A stretch of 63,230 nt of DNA, the filler included, from Chiloscyllium plagiosum (lineage: Eukaryota), in assembly GCF_004010195.1 (NCBI RefSeq). It is 5 parts of one record of this genome, joined end to end, with 100 filler letters (N's around TTAATTAATTAA, not from the genome) between each part and the next. Parts side by side here need not be neighbours in the genome. Positions count along the whole stretch, not along the records: positions 1 to 16,460 come from NC_057711.1; positions 16,561 to 33,567 come from NC_057711.1; 3 more parts are not named here. One strand, given 5' to 3'. The notes beneath the pieces are model-generated. The model was not told where the DNA came from. It was given only the letters and a program-made list of their open reading frames with translations, and did not search any database. Positions 10,440-20,785 of this stretch are shown here, piece by piece. Within the stretch, counting starts at the first letter, position 1; each line of letters starts with the position of its first letter. Position numbers and translations under genes: made by a program.

Positions 10440-11941
10440 CAGCCTCCTACCTGCCCTCGACCTCTTCATAGCCAACTGCCGCCGCGATATTAACCGCCAC
10501 CTGAACTCCCCCACCCCTCTCACCCACTCCAACCTCTCACCCTCGGAACGCGCAGCCCTCCACTCACTCCGTTGCAACCCCAACCTCACTATCAAACCAG
10601 CAGACAAGGGAGGCGCGGTAGTAGTTTGGCGCACCGACCTCTACACCGCTAAGGCCAAATGCCAGCTCGCAGATACCTCCTCCTACTGCCCCCTTGACCA
10701 TGACCCCACCCCCCACCACCAAACCNNNNNNNNNNNNNNNNNNNNNNNNNNNNNNNNNNNNNNNNNNNNNNNNNNNNNNNNNNNNNNNNNNNNNNNNNNN
10801 NNNNNNNNNNNNNNNNNNNNNNNNNNNNNNNNNNNNNNNNNNNNNNNNNNNNNNNNNNNNNNNNNNNNNNNNNNNNNNNNNNNNNNNNNNNNNNNNNNNN
10901 NNNNNNNNNNNNNNNNNNNNNNNNNNNNNNNNNNNNNNNNNNNNNNNNNNNNNNNNNNNNNNNNNNNNNNNNNNNNNNNNNNNNNNNNNNNNNNNNNNNN
11001 NNNNNNNNNNNNNNNNNNNNNNNNNNNNNNNNNNNNNNNNNNNNNNNNNNNNNNNNNNNNNNNNNNNNNNNNNNNNNNNNNNNNNNNNNNNNNNNNNNNN
11101 NNNNNNNNNNNNNNNNNNNNNNNNNNNNNNNNNNNNNNNNNNNNNNNNNNNNNNNNNNNNNNNNNNNNNNNNNNNNNNNNNNNNNNNNNNNNNNNNNNNN
11201 NNNNNNNNNNNNNNNNNNNNNNNNNNNNNNNNNNNNNNNNNNNNNNNNNNNNNNNNNNNNNNNNNNNNNNNNNNNNNNNNNNNNNNNNNNNNNNNNNNNN
11301 NNNNNNNNNNNNNNNNNNNNNNNNNNNNNNNNNNNNNNNNNNNNNNNNNNNNNNNNNNNNNNNNNNNNNNNNNNNNNNNNNNNNNNNNNNNNNNNNNNNN
11401 NNNNNNNNNNNNNNNNNNNNNNNNNNNNNNNNNNNNNNNNNNNNNNNNNNNNNNTGCTGGTAGGGGAGGGGAGGGAAATATATCCTTGGTGGTGGGGTCC
11501 GTTTGGAGGTGGCGGAAATGACGGCGGATGATGCGCTGTACATGGTGATTGGTGGGGTGGTAGGTGAGGACCAGTGGGGTTCTGTCCTGGTGGCGGTTGG
11601 AGGGGCGGGGTTTAAGGGCGGAGGATCGGGAAGTGGAAGAGATGTGGTGGAGGGCATAGTCTACCACGTCGGGGGGGAAATTGCGGTCCTTGAAGAAGGA
11701 GGCCATCTGGGTTGTGCGTTTTTGGAACTGGTCCTCCTTGGAGCAGATGCGGCACCTTCCCCTGCAACCGCCGGAGGTGCAAGACTTGCGCCCACACCTC
11801 CCCCCTCACCTCCCTCCAAGGCCCCAAAGGAAACTTCCATATCCGCCACAGATTCACCTGCACCTCCACACATATCATCTATTGCATCCTCTGCACCCGA
11901 TGTGGCCTCCTCTATATTGGGGAGACAGGCCGCCTACTTCC
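10440..11941 (+). mobile_element. Penelope-like element (RT plus GIY-YIG endonuclease) with an internal inversion and an assembly gap
   Basis: The + strand at 10500-10725 reads NLSPSERAALHSLRCNPNLTIKPADKGGAVVVW (PLE RT N-terminus). The - strand at 11455-11750 reads MASFFKDRNFP...RTPLVLTYHP...RHFRHLQ. The + strand at 11751-11941 reads GTFPCNRRRCKTC...FTCTSTHIIYCILCTRCGLLYIGETGRLL (CCHH linker plus GIY-YIG). Confidence 0.9.
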
Positions 11942-12194
11942 TTAGTGAACCAGGTGGTTTTCCTGACAATCGACTTATGGTCATTATTAGACTCTTATTT
12001 CGATATTTATTGAATTCCAATTCCACCATCTGCCCAGGTAGGATTTGAACCCAACTCCCTAGACTGTTATTTGGGTCTCTGGATTAACAGTCCAGCAATA
12101 ATACTACTTGGCCATTGCCTTCATTTGCTCAAAATAAAATCTCATTGATTCAAACATATTTTAATATACTGCTTACAGCTCAAGACTTCATGGA

Positions 12195-12325
12195 GTCGAA
12201 AGTGAGGACTGCAGATGCTGGAGATCAGAGTCAAGAGTTTGGCGCTGGAAAAGCACAGCAGGTCAGGCAGCATCCGAGGAGCAGGAGAGTCGATGTTTCA
12301 GGTATAAGCCCTTCATCATTCCAAC
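12195..12325 (-). mobile_element. Penelope pLTR fragment with a degenerate hammerhead motif
   Basis: The minus strand reads TGATGAA-GGGCTTATACCT-GAAAC-ATC-gactctcctgctcctcggatgctgcctgacctgctgtgcttttccagc, the same family as 6768 and 62993. Confidence 0.75.
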
Positions 12326-12458
12326 TCAAGACTTCTCCCAAGCAAAAGTAAAGCACCATGCACTGCTTAAAAGTTTTCTTCTCAATACATCTCTTCTGTA
12401 CTTGAACTTCACGAGTGACTGAAGAAGCAGTCAGACTGCTCAGAATTACTGCAGACCA

Positions 12459-12772
12459 GCTCGGTGGCTCAGTGGTTAGCACTGCTGCCTCACAGCACCA
12501 GGTCCCAGGTTTGATTCTGGCCTCGGGTGACTGTCTGTGTGGAGTTTGCACATTCTCCCCGTGTCAGCATGGGTTTCCTCCCGGTACTCCAGTTTCCTCC
12601 CACAGATCAAAGATGTGCAGGACAGATGAATTGGCCATGCTAAATTGCCTGTAGTATTAGGTGCTTTAGTCAGAGGGAAATGGGACTGGGTGGGTTACTC
12701 TTCAGAGGGTCAGTGTGGACTTGTTGGGCCTGATGGGCCTGTCTCCACACTCCAGGGAATCTAATCTAAAAT
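12459..12772 (+). mobile_element. HE1-type V-SINE
   Basis: A box ggtggctcagtggttagc, B-box-like ggtttgattc, V domain, and a tail ending ggaatctaatcta. Confidence 0.85.
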
Positions 12773-12839
12773 AAATTACTGCATAAACTGCCTTTTTACC
12801 AGAAACATTGAGTCTATTCTTCAAGTTAAGAGGCAATTT

Positions 12840-13210
12840 TATTTAAATTTTTCTTTTATCCTTTTAAATGATGTGGATGTTGCTGGCAAGGTTAGCATTT
12901 GTTGTGCATTCTTAACTGCCAAGGAACTGAGAGGCTTGCTCAGTCAGTTAAGAGTTAACTCTATTGCTGTCGATCTGGAGTCACACGTAGGCCAGACCAG
13001 GTAAGGACAGCAGATTTCCTCTGCCAAGGGACATTAGTGAACCAGATGAGTTCTTACAACAACTGTTGATAGTTGCCATGGTCCCCATCACTGAGACGAG
13101 CTATCGTCCAGATTTATCAGCTGAATGCAAATTCCAGCAGCTGCTGTGAGGTTTGAACTCACATTCCCAGCACAAGCCTCTGGATTTTTATTGGAGTGAT
13201 ACTAGCACTA
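12840..13210 (-). mobile_element. tRNA-derived SINE with L2-like tail
   Basis: Same family as 2325-2552, with a B-box-like gagttcaaacc on the minus strand near 13150. Confidence 0.6.
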
Positions 13211-13884
13211 TACCAAGTGATTTCCTGTTTCATTCACTAAGTTTGAGATCATTCTTGGTTCAAAGGAACAAGAGGTTTTTAAATCAATTTTATCAGTTGC
13301 TTCAGTGAGTGCAGTGGATTTCCAGGTAATTATAGCATCGCGTAAGCAAAGGTGCAAGTCATTTTCCAAAGCTTCCTGGCGCAGTTCAACGATTTGTATG
13401 ATGCAGATGTGATAGTACAATGGAACAGGAAATTTGAGGGGAAATTGTGGACTAACATCGAGGTTATGAGTGGTGAAAACCAGCATTGTTTGCAAAGCTG
13501 AAAGATGAAAAGGAGAGATTATTGGTCCAATATTCATAAAATCTATGATACACCTATAGAGATTCCATGGATGGCAATCTCAAAATTTGGAGAAATTGTT
13601 TTTAAAATAGTTGAATACAAGTGAAAATAATGTTACCTTTCCCAGTTCTCTCCTCTGCTTCCTCTCCCCTCCCTTTTACCATTGTTCCTTTTCTGAAATA
13701 CATGATATAACCAATTGCAACCATTTTAAGATTTGTCCATTTTCATGCACCTGTCTCTACTTCTATCCTGCTTTGGAGATAGGGACAAGTATGTTTTCAG
13801 AAAAGCCATTCAGCCCTTTCAACCTGATCTGCTGTTCAATGGACCCACATTTGTTCTATCTGATTCCTAATAAAGATCCATCAT

Positions 13885-14200
13885 CGAATCACTACAGACT
13901 GGAAGTAGGCCATTCAGCACATTGAGTCCACACCTACCCTCCGCAGAGCATCCCACCCAGTTACCTCATGTTTCCAATGGCTAATCCACCTAACCAACAC
14001 ATCCATGGACACTTTAGGCAATATAACACAGGCAATTCATTTAACCTTTGGATTGTGGGAGGAAACTGGAGCACCTGGAGAAAACCCACGCAGACACAGG
14101 GAGAATGTGCAAATTCCACACAGACAGTCGCCCGAGGCTGGAATTGAACCCAGGCCCCTGGCGCTGTGAGGCAGCAGTGCTAACCACTGAGCCACAGTGC
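13885..14200 (-). mobile_element. HE1-type V-SINE
   Basis: Reverse-complement tRNA head at 14130-14200 plus V domain. Confidence 0.85.
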
Positions 14201-15004
14201 CATCCAATCAATCTTTGCTGTGAAATTTCCAGCTGACCAAAAAGAATTATTTTTTCAAATTTATATACAGCTAGCTGAGACTTTACTTGGAAACTTTTCA
14301 TGCTAGATTCTGCAGATTCTGTTAAATTCTGTAGAATTCAATATTGTAACTTAAAGAGGTCTCAGAACTGAAAGAGCTGGTCCTTTGACGGGATATTTGC
14401 AATGGGTCTTGGAATGACAACGATCATCTCAATATTTAAGAGTAACTGCAATTGCTTAGTAACTCGGAATGGCCAGCTTCCATGACGTTATCAGCCCTCC
14501 CTGATTAAATACAGACAGTTTTAGTTAAACAGACAATACAAATAAAGTTTTGACAATTGATTACAATCTTTGGTATGCTGTTGTCTTGAAATCATTCCAT
14601 TTCATTCACAATAACAAAGCAAACACATTCCCAGTGTGTAGAGTGAAATCAGTAACCCTGCCATTCAGAGCCAGCACTTTAACACTAAGCACCAGCAAAC
14701 ACAAACTAAAAGATTAGGAGATATTTGCCAACTTCAATACCAAGAAGGAGGCTTCTAACCAACTAAACTCTCTTCAAACTCGGCTGCTCAATAAGCACAG
14801 TGGAAGACAAATTTACTGTGCTGGTTTTGCCAGTAACAGCCCCATCTCATGAAAGAATAAGGGAAAAGCAACAATGTTCCTTGTCCAATCTACATTATCT
14901 CTAGCCTGAAAGAATCCTGCTATTAATTAAATCAGAAATGTATCAGAATGTGCATTGTACATTTTCGTTCTTTCAAATTGTGTAAACGTTAATTAAAATG
15001 ATAC

Positions 15005-15115
15005 AAAACAGCATCTGTAGAGAGAAAACTGAGTTAATGTTTTGAGTCCAGTGACCCTTCTTCAGAGCTCTGCTTTAGTTTCTTACTTTCAGCATCCACA
15101 GTTCTTTTTGTTTAA
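15005..15115. mobile_element. Penelope-derived foldback mini-element with a hammerhead-like motif
   Basis: The minus strand reads gagct-CTGAAGA-A-GGGTC ACTG GACTC-AAAAC-ATT-aactc, followed on + by the pLTR tail tttcagcatccacagttctttttg. Confidence 0.6.
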
Positions 15116-15437
15116 GTTTACTAAAACGGCATGTCCGCACTTGGTCACCTTTGTGTTAAGTCTGAATAAAATGGTTTATTGCCACGAATCATTGCAATGC
15201 ATACTACTGCTTAAGATTTCATTAAGTAGGAAGTGTACTGTGCATTTTTGATAGCTATAACAGCATAAGGTTTTAAAATGTAAATAATTCTTGTGCTCAA
15301 CCATAGCAAAACAATGTTGGTAGAGATGAACAAATGATAATGCAGAAGTTGGAATGTAGGCTGATTTTCTCCAACTGAGCCTCAAGTACTGTTTGCAAGC
15401 ACTGTTGACAACCCCTTACTTGATGATCAAGAGTAAA

Positions 15438-15769
15438 TCCTTGTTGGAGTTAATTGGCCAGGTTGGATTTGCCTTGATTTATTTTGTATACAGGGCTTTC
15501 TGCGCAATTTTCCATATTGTTGGTTAAATGCCAGTCTTGTAACTGGTTTGGAACAGCTTGGTTTGGTTGATTGATGCGGGTGTCTCTGAGATGTTCCCTA
15601 AAGTCCTTGTTGGAGTTAATTGGCCAGGTTGGATTTGCATGGATTTATTTTGTATACAGGGCTTTCTGCGCAATTTTCCATATTGTTGGTTAAATGCCAG
15701 TCTTGTAACTGGTTTGGAACAGCTTGGTTTGGTTGATTGATGCGGGTGTCTCTGAGATGTTCCCTAAAG
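15438..15769. repeat. 166-bp tandem duplication
   Basis: 15438-15603 and 15604-15769 are near-identical (about 2 differences seen). Confidence 0.9.
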
Positions 15770-16089
15770 CGCTCTGCTAGGAGGCGCCCAGTCTCCCCAA
15801 TGTAGAGGAGACCGCATCGGGAGCAACGGATACAATAGATGATATTAGTGGATGTGCAGGTAAAACTTTGATGGATGTGGAAGGCTCCTTTAGGGCCTTG
15901 GATGGAGGTGAGGGAGGAGGTGTGGGCACAGGTTTTACAGTTCCTGCGGTGGCAAGGTGTGGGCACAGGTTTTACAGTTCCTGCGGTGGCAGGGGAAAGT
16001 GCCAGGATGGGAGGGTGGGTCGTAGGGGGGCGTGGACCTGACCAGGTAGTCACGGAGGGAACGGTCTTTGCGGAAGGCGGAGAGGGGTG
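15728..16089 (-). mobile_element. Penelope-like GIY-YIG endonuclease fragment
   Basis: Encodes PCHRRNCKTCAHTSSLTSIQGPKGAFHIHQSFTCTSTNIIYCIRCSRCGLLYIGETGRLLAERFREHLRD, with an internal 37-bp tandem duplication at 15918-15991. Confidence 0.9.
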
Positions 16090-16460
16090 GGCCAATCCAC
16101 CCTAACCTGCACATCCCTGGATACCATGGGACAATTTAGCATGGCCAATCCACCCTAACCTGCACATCGCTGGATACCATGGGACAATTTAGCATGGCCA
16201 ATCCACCCTAACCTGCACATCGCTGGATACCATGGGACAATTTAGCATGGCCAATCCACCCTAACCTGCACATCGCTGGATACCATGGGACAATTTAGCA
16301 TGGCCAATCCACCCTAACCTGCACATCGCTGGATACCATGGGACAATTTAGCATGGCCAATCCACCCTAACCTGCACATCCCTGGGCACTATGGGACAAT
16401 TTAGCATGGTCAATCCACCCTAACCTGCACATCTTTGGACTGTGGGAGGAAACCAGAGTA
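16090..16460 (-). repeat. 53-bp minisatellite (6 full copies plus 1 partial) derived from the body of an HE1-type SINE
   Basis: The unit ggccaatccaccctaacctgcacatcgctggataccatgggacaatttagcat starts at 16090, 16143, 16196, 16249, 16302, 16355 and 16408. The last copy runs into normal SINE sequence (ctttggactgtgggaggaaacc). Confidence 0.95.
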
Positions 16461-16560
16461 NNNNNNNNNNNNNNNNNNNNNNNNNNNNNNNNNNNNNNNN
16501 NNNNTTAATTAATTAANNNNNNNNNNNNNNNNNNNNNNNNNNNNNNNNNNNNNNNNNNNN

Positions 16561-17094
16561 AACAAGCCTTTAAGACATAGGAACAGTAGTAGACCATTCA
16601 GCCCATCAAATCTGCTCCACCATTCAATTAGATCATGGCTGATCTGATAAATCTCAACTCCACTTTCTGACCCTTTCCCCATATCCCTTATTGATTAAAA
16701 ATATTGATCTTCAACCGCAACAGCCTTCTGGGGTAAAGAATTTCACAGATTCTCTTCCTCAGAGAAGAAATTTCTCCTTATTTCTATCCTAAATGGGTGA
16801 CACCTTAACCTGAGATTATGACTCTCCCACATGGAGAAACAATTCCTCTGCACCTGCCCTCTCAAGTCCCTAAAAATCTTGTATCTTTCAGTATGGTCAC
16901 CTTTCATTCTTCTAGATTCCAATGAGTACAGACCCAATCAACTCAATCTCACTCTATAAGATAGCCTAATGAATCCTAATGTCTCCAATCTTTCCTTAGA
17001 TAAGGGGCTCACAGTTTTCAAGCTGTGGTCCGACCACTGCCTTGTATAGATTTAGTAAAACCTCCCTATTTTTAAAGTCCATTCCCTTTGAAAT
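16561..17094 (-). repeat. Inverted near-identical copy of 9285-9839 (old CR1 3' part)
   Basis: ORFs 9463-9657(+) and 16743-16937(-) differ by one residue. The copies share private deletions, and the second has an extra 20-bp deletion. Confidence 0.9.
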
Positions 17095-17835
17095 GAAGTA
17101 TTATTGCAATTTAAATATCCCAAAGTTATAGATCCTGACACCAAGACTCAGTATGAAGAATATTATTCCAATTGATACAAGTTGTTAGTGACACTGATTT
17201 CACTGACATGCTTGATGTGTTACAAATCAGTTTTGATTCTAATCAATTTCCCAGCAGAGAGTGTGGTGCAATTTCATCGCTGCAGGATTGTGTAATTTAC
17301 AGGAGCTATAATTTACTGCTACAGATCAGCCAAGAATGTCTACTGTTAAGACCCTCCTTGGTAAGCGTAAGTTGTAACGTACAAATTGCAAGTTGCTGAA
17401 GTTGAGAAGGTCATTGCATGGGAAAGTGAGGAAGTGAGACTGGGATGAGCAGAACAAGTGTGGATCCTACACTAATCAAATTGAAGGATTGTATAAAGAT
17501 TAAGCAGGAAGTGGATATAACCAGAGGTTGCTCACAATTTCTTATGGATAAGTGATCTCAATGTCATTGGCCTCAGTCTTATTTGACACCAAATTCTGGC
17601 CCAGGGTGTTCATTATCAGTGTTAACATTTAAGGAAGTTCCACAGCACCATCTCTTTAACCAGCTTCTCAGGCCAGATTTTCATGGAGGAGGTGGGAAGG
17701 TCAAGTCAGAAAGTAAGTGAGTTGTCTTTTAAAATAAGACCCCAGATTACTTTCATTCTGGGGAATTGACTGTGAGATGAAAGGCAAGGCCAGCTGGTTG
17801 GAACACCTGTTCCTGTTTACTGGGACATCAACCAA

Positions 17836-18910
17836 GAGTCATAGAGTCATACAGCACAGAAACAAACCCTTCAGCCCAACGCATCCACGCCAATCAGACA
17901 TCATAAACTGATCTTGTCCCATTTCCCAGGCACTTTGTCCATATCCCTCTAAACCTTTCCTATTCAAATACCCATCCAAATGCCTTTTAAATATTGTAAT
18001 TGTACCAGCTTCGATCACTTCCTCTTGCAGCTCATTCCATACATGCATCACCCTCAGCATGAAAAAGTTGCCCCTAAGGTCCCTTTAAAATCTTTCCCTC
18101 TTACCTTAAACCAATGCCCCCAGTTTGGACTCCCAACTTCTGGGAAAAAAATCTTGTCTATTCATCCTGCCCCTCATAATTTTATGAACCTCCAATAAGA
18201 CCACTCCTCAGCCTTTGATGTTCCAGGGATAAAAGCCCCAGCATATTCAGCTTCTCCTTATAACTCAAAGTCCAGGCAACACCCTTGTAAATCTTTTCTT
18301 AATCAATTCAAGTTTCACAATATCCTTCCCAAAGCAGGGAGGCCAGGATTACACAGAATATTCCACAAGTGGCCTCACCAATGTCCTGTACAGCAACAAA
18401 ATGACCTCCCAACTCCTACACTCAATGCACTGACCAATGAAGACAAGTGTACCACATATCTTGTTCATCACCTGTCACCTGTGACTCTACTTTCAGGGAA
18501 CTATGCACCTGCACCCTTCTGTCTCTTTGTTCAGCAACACGCCCCAGGCCCCTATTAACTGTCGAGTCCTGCCCTGGTTTACTTTACCAAAATGCAACAC
18601 CTCGCATTCATCTAAATTAAACTCTATCTGCCATTCCTCAGCCCATAGGCCCATCTCATTAAGGTTGCATTGTACTCTGAGATAAACATCTTCACTGTCC
18701 ACATTTTGGTGTCTTCTGCAAATGTACTAACCACATCTCCTATATTCACATCTGAATCATTTATATAAATGATGAAAAGCAGTGGATTCAGCATCGATCA
18801 TTACGGCACACCACTGGTCGCAGGCCTCCAGTCCAAAATACAACCCTCTCCTACTGCCCTATGTCTCCTACCTTCAATCTAATTTTGTCTTCAATCAGCT
18901 AGCCCCCCTA
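17836..18910 (-). mobile_element. CR1 ORF2 3' portion and 3'UTR
   Basis: Encodes WAEEWQIEFNLDECEVLHFGK and VWNELQEEVIEAGTITIFKRHLD, with an (agagtcat)n tail. Confidence 0.85.
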
Positions 18911-19349
18911 AAGATATCCATGAGCACTTGTCTTTTACTTTTGGCCTCCTCACTTAGGATGGTTGTTTTCTCGTGGTTGACAGCTCCACTGAAATGCCAT
19001 GAACTGGATATCCTTAGTTAGACTTCACAAACATTTTTGTTGGGGGTGCAGGTTTGGGCAGTGATGCGATCAGATGTGTAGTTGGACTACCCACAATGGA
19101 GTTGGCACAGTTGGGAGTGGTGTGTGCAGGCAGGTTACTCATTCCCTATTCTATACAGGTGGAAATGGGAATGGGGATGTTCCTAGAATTGGGATCTAAA
19201 GGGCTCCTGAATCAGTCCAATTCAGTGAAAATCTGGCTCATTATGTTTTTTGCAGTGGATAATGCATTCTGCAACTCAATTGCCCTTAAAGGCTACCTCT
19301 CCAGATTCTATAGGTTATACAATGGATGTAAAGAAAATGTCTGCTCCAC

Positions 19350-20785
19350 CTTCTGAAACTGGATCCTCAACTTCCTGATCCATAGAGTGCAATCAGTGAG
19401 AACAGACAACAAAATCTCCTCCACAATAATCCTCAACACCAGCGCCCTGCAAGCTGTGTACACAGCCCCTTACACTCAATATGCTCACAATTGTGTGACC
19501 AAATTCAGCTCCAACTCCATTTTCAAGTTTGCTGACAACATCACCATTGTAGGCCAGATCTCAAGCAATGACAAGACAGAATACAAGAAAGAAATAGAGT
19601 GCTTGGTGGCAGGTTGTAAAAATAATCTCTTCCCCAATGTTAGAAAAACAAAAGAGCTGGTCATTGACTTCAGGAAGAAGAGCGGAGGGCACACCCATAG
19701 CTGTATCAATGGAGTTGAAGTGGAAGTGGTCAAGAGCATCAGGTCCCTAGGAGTGATGATCACAAACAATCTGTCCTGGTCCACCCTCATTGATGCTATG
19801 GTCAAGAAAGCACAACAATGCCTATATTTCTCAGAAGGCTAAGGAAATTTGGTATGTCTGTAAAGGCTCTTATCAATTTTTATAGATTCTCTATAAAAAG
19901 CATTTTATCTGGATGCACCACAGCTTGGTGTGGCAACTGCTCTGTCCAGGATGTAAGAAACTCCGGAGAGTTGTGAACACAGCCTAGTCCATTATGCAAG
20001 CCAACCTTCCATCCATTGACTCCACCTATACTTCTCGCTGCCTCGGGAAGTCGGCCAACATAGAGTCATAGAGATGTACAGCATGGAAACAGACCCTTCG
20101 GTCCAATTCGTCCATGCTGATCAGATATCCCAACCCAATCTAGTACCACCTTCCAGCACTTGGCCCATATCCCTCCAAACCCTTCCTATTCATATACCCA
20201 TCCAAATGCCTCTTAAATGTTGCAATTGTACCAGCCTCCACCACTTCCTCTGGCAGCTCATTCCATACACGTACCACCCTCTGCATGAAAAAGTTGCCCC
20301 TTAGGTCTCTTTTATATCTTTCCCCTTTCACCCTAAACCTATGTCCTCTTCTTCTGGACTCCCCGACCCCAGGGAAAAAACTTTGCCTATTTACCCTATC
20401 CATGCCCCTCATAATTTTGTAAACCTCTGTAAGGTCAGCCCTCAGCCTCTGACCATCAAAGACCCCTCCCATTGCAGTTATAATCTCTTCCAACACCTTC
20501 TGTCATACAAAAGATACAATGCTTAAACACACGAGCCAATAGATTCAAGAACAGCTTCAGCCCTGCTGTTAGACCTCTGAATGGACCTCTCAAATTTCAA
20601 ATCTAAATGTTTATCTTACTCTTTGTGCACCTTCTCTGCAACTGTAGCATTATATTCTTTGCCTTGTTCTGTTACCCTAATGCACTTTATATGGTTTAAT
20701 CTGCCTGTATTGCATGCAAAACAAAATATTTCACTGTACCTAGGTACATGTGACAACAATAATAAATCAAACCAAATCAAAGCAA
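19350..20785 (+). mobile_element. Rex1/Babar-type LINE RT C-terminus and 3' tail, interrupted by a minus-strand CR1 3' end (about 20060-20450)
   Basis: Encodes QSVRTDNKISSTIILNT...SNSIFKFAD.ITIVGQISSNDKTEYKKEIECLV...NVRKTKELVIDFRKK. The tail is tttcactgtacctaggtacatgtgacaacaataataaatcaaaccaaatc. Confidence 0.8.

Noticed and set aside
10564..11706. Long ORFs of 275-380 aa (also 61779-62411)
   Set aside because: They are artefacts of translating through N gaps.
16090..16460. Regularly spaced repeats resembling a CRISPR array
   Set aside because: There are no unique spacers. The units are contiguous 53-mers from a SINE in a vertebrate genome, and no cas genes are present.
16505..16516. TTAATTAATTAA centred in N-runs (also about 33612, 47373, 60610)
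   Set aside because: It is identical each time and centred in 100-nt gaps, so it is a scaffolding linker with stops in all frames, not biology.
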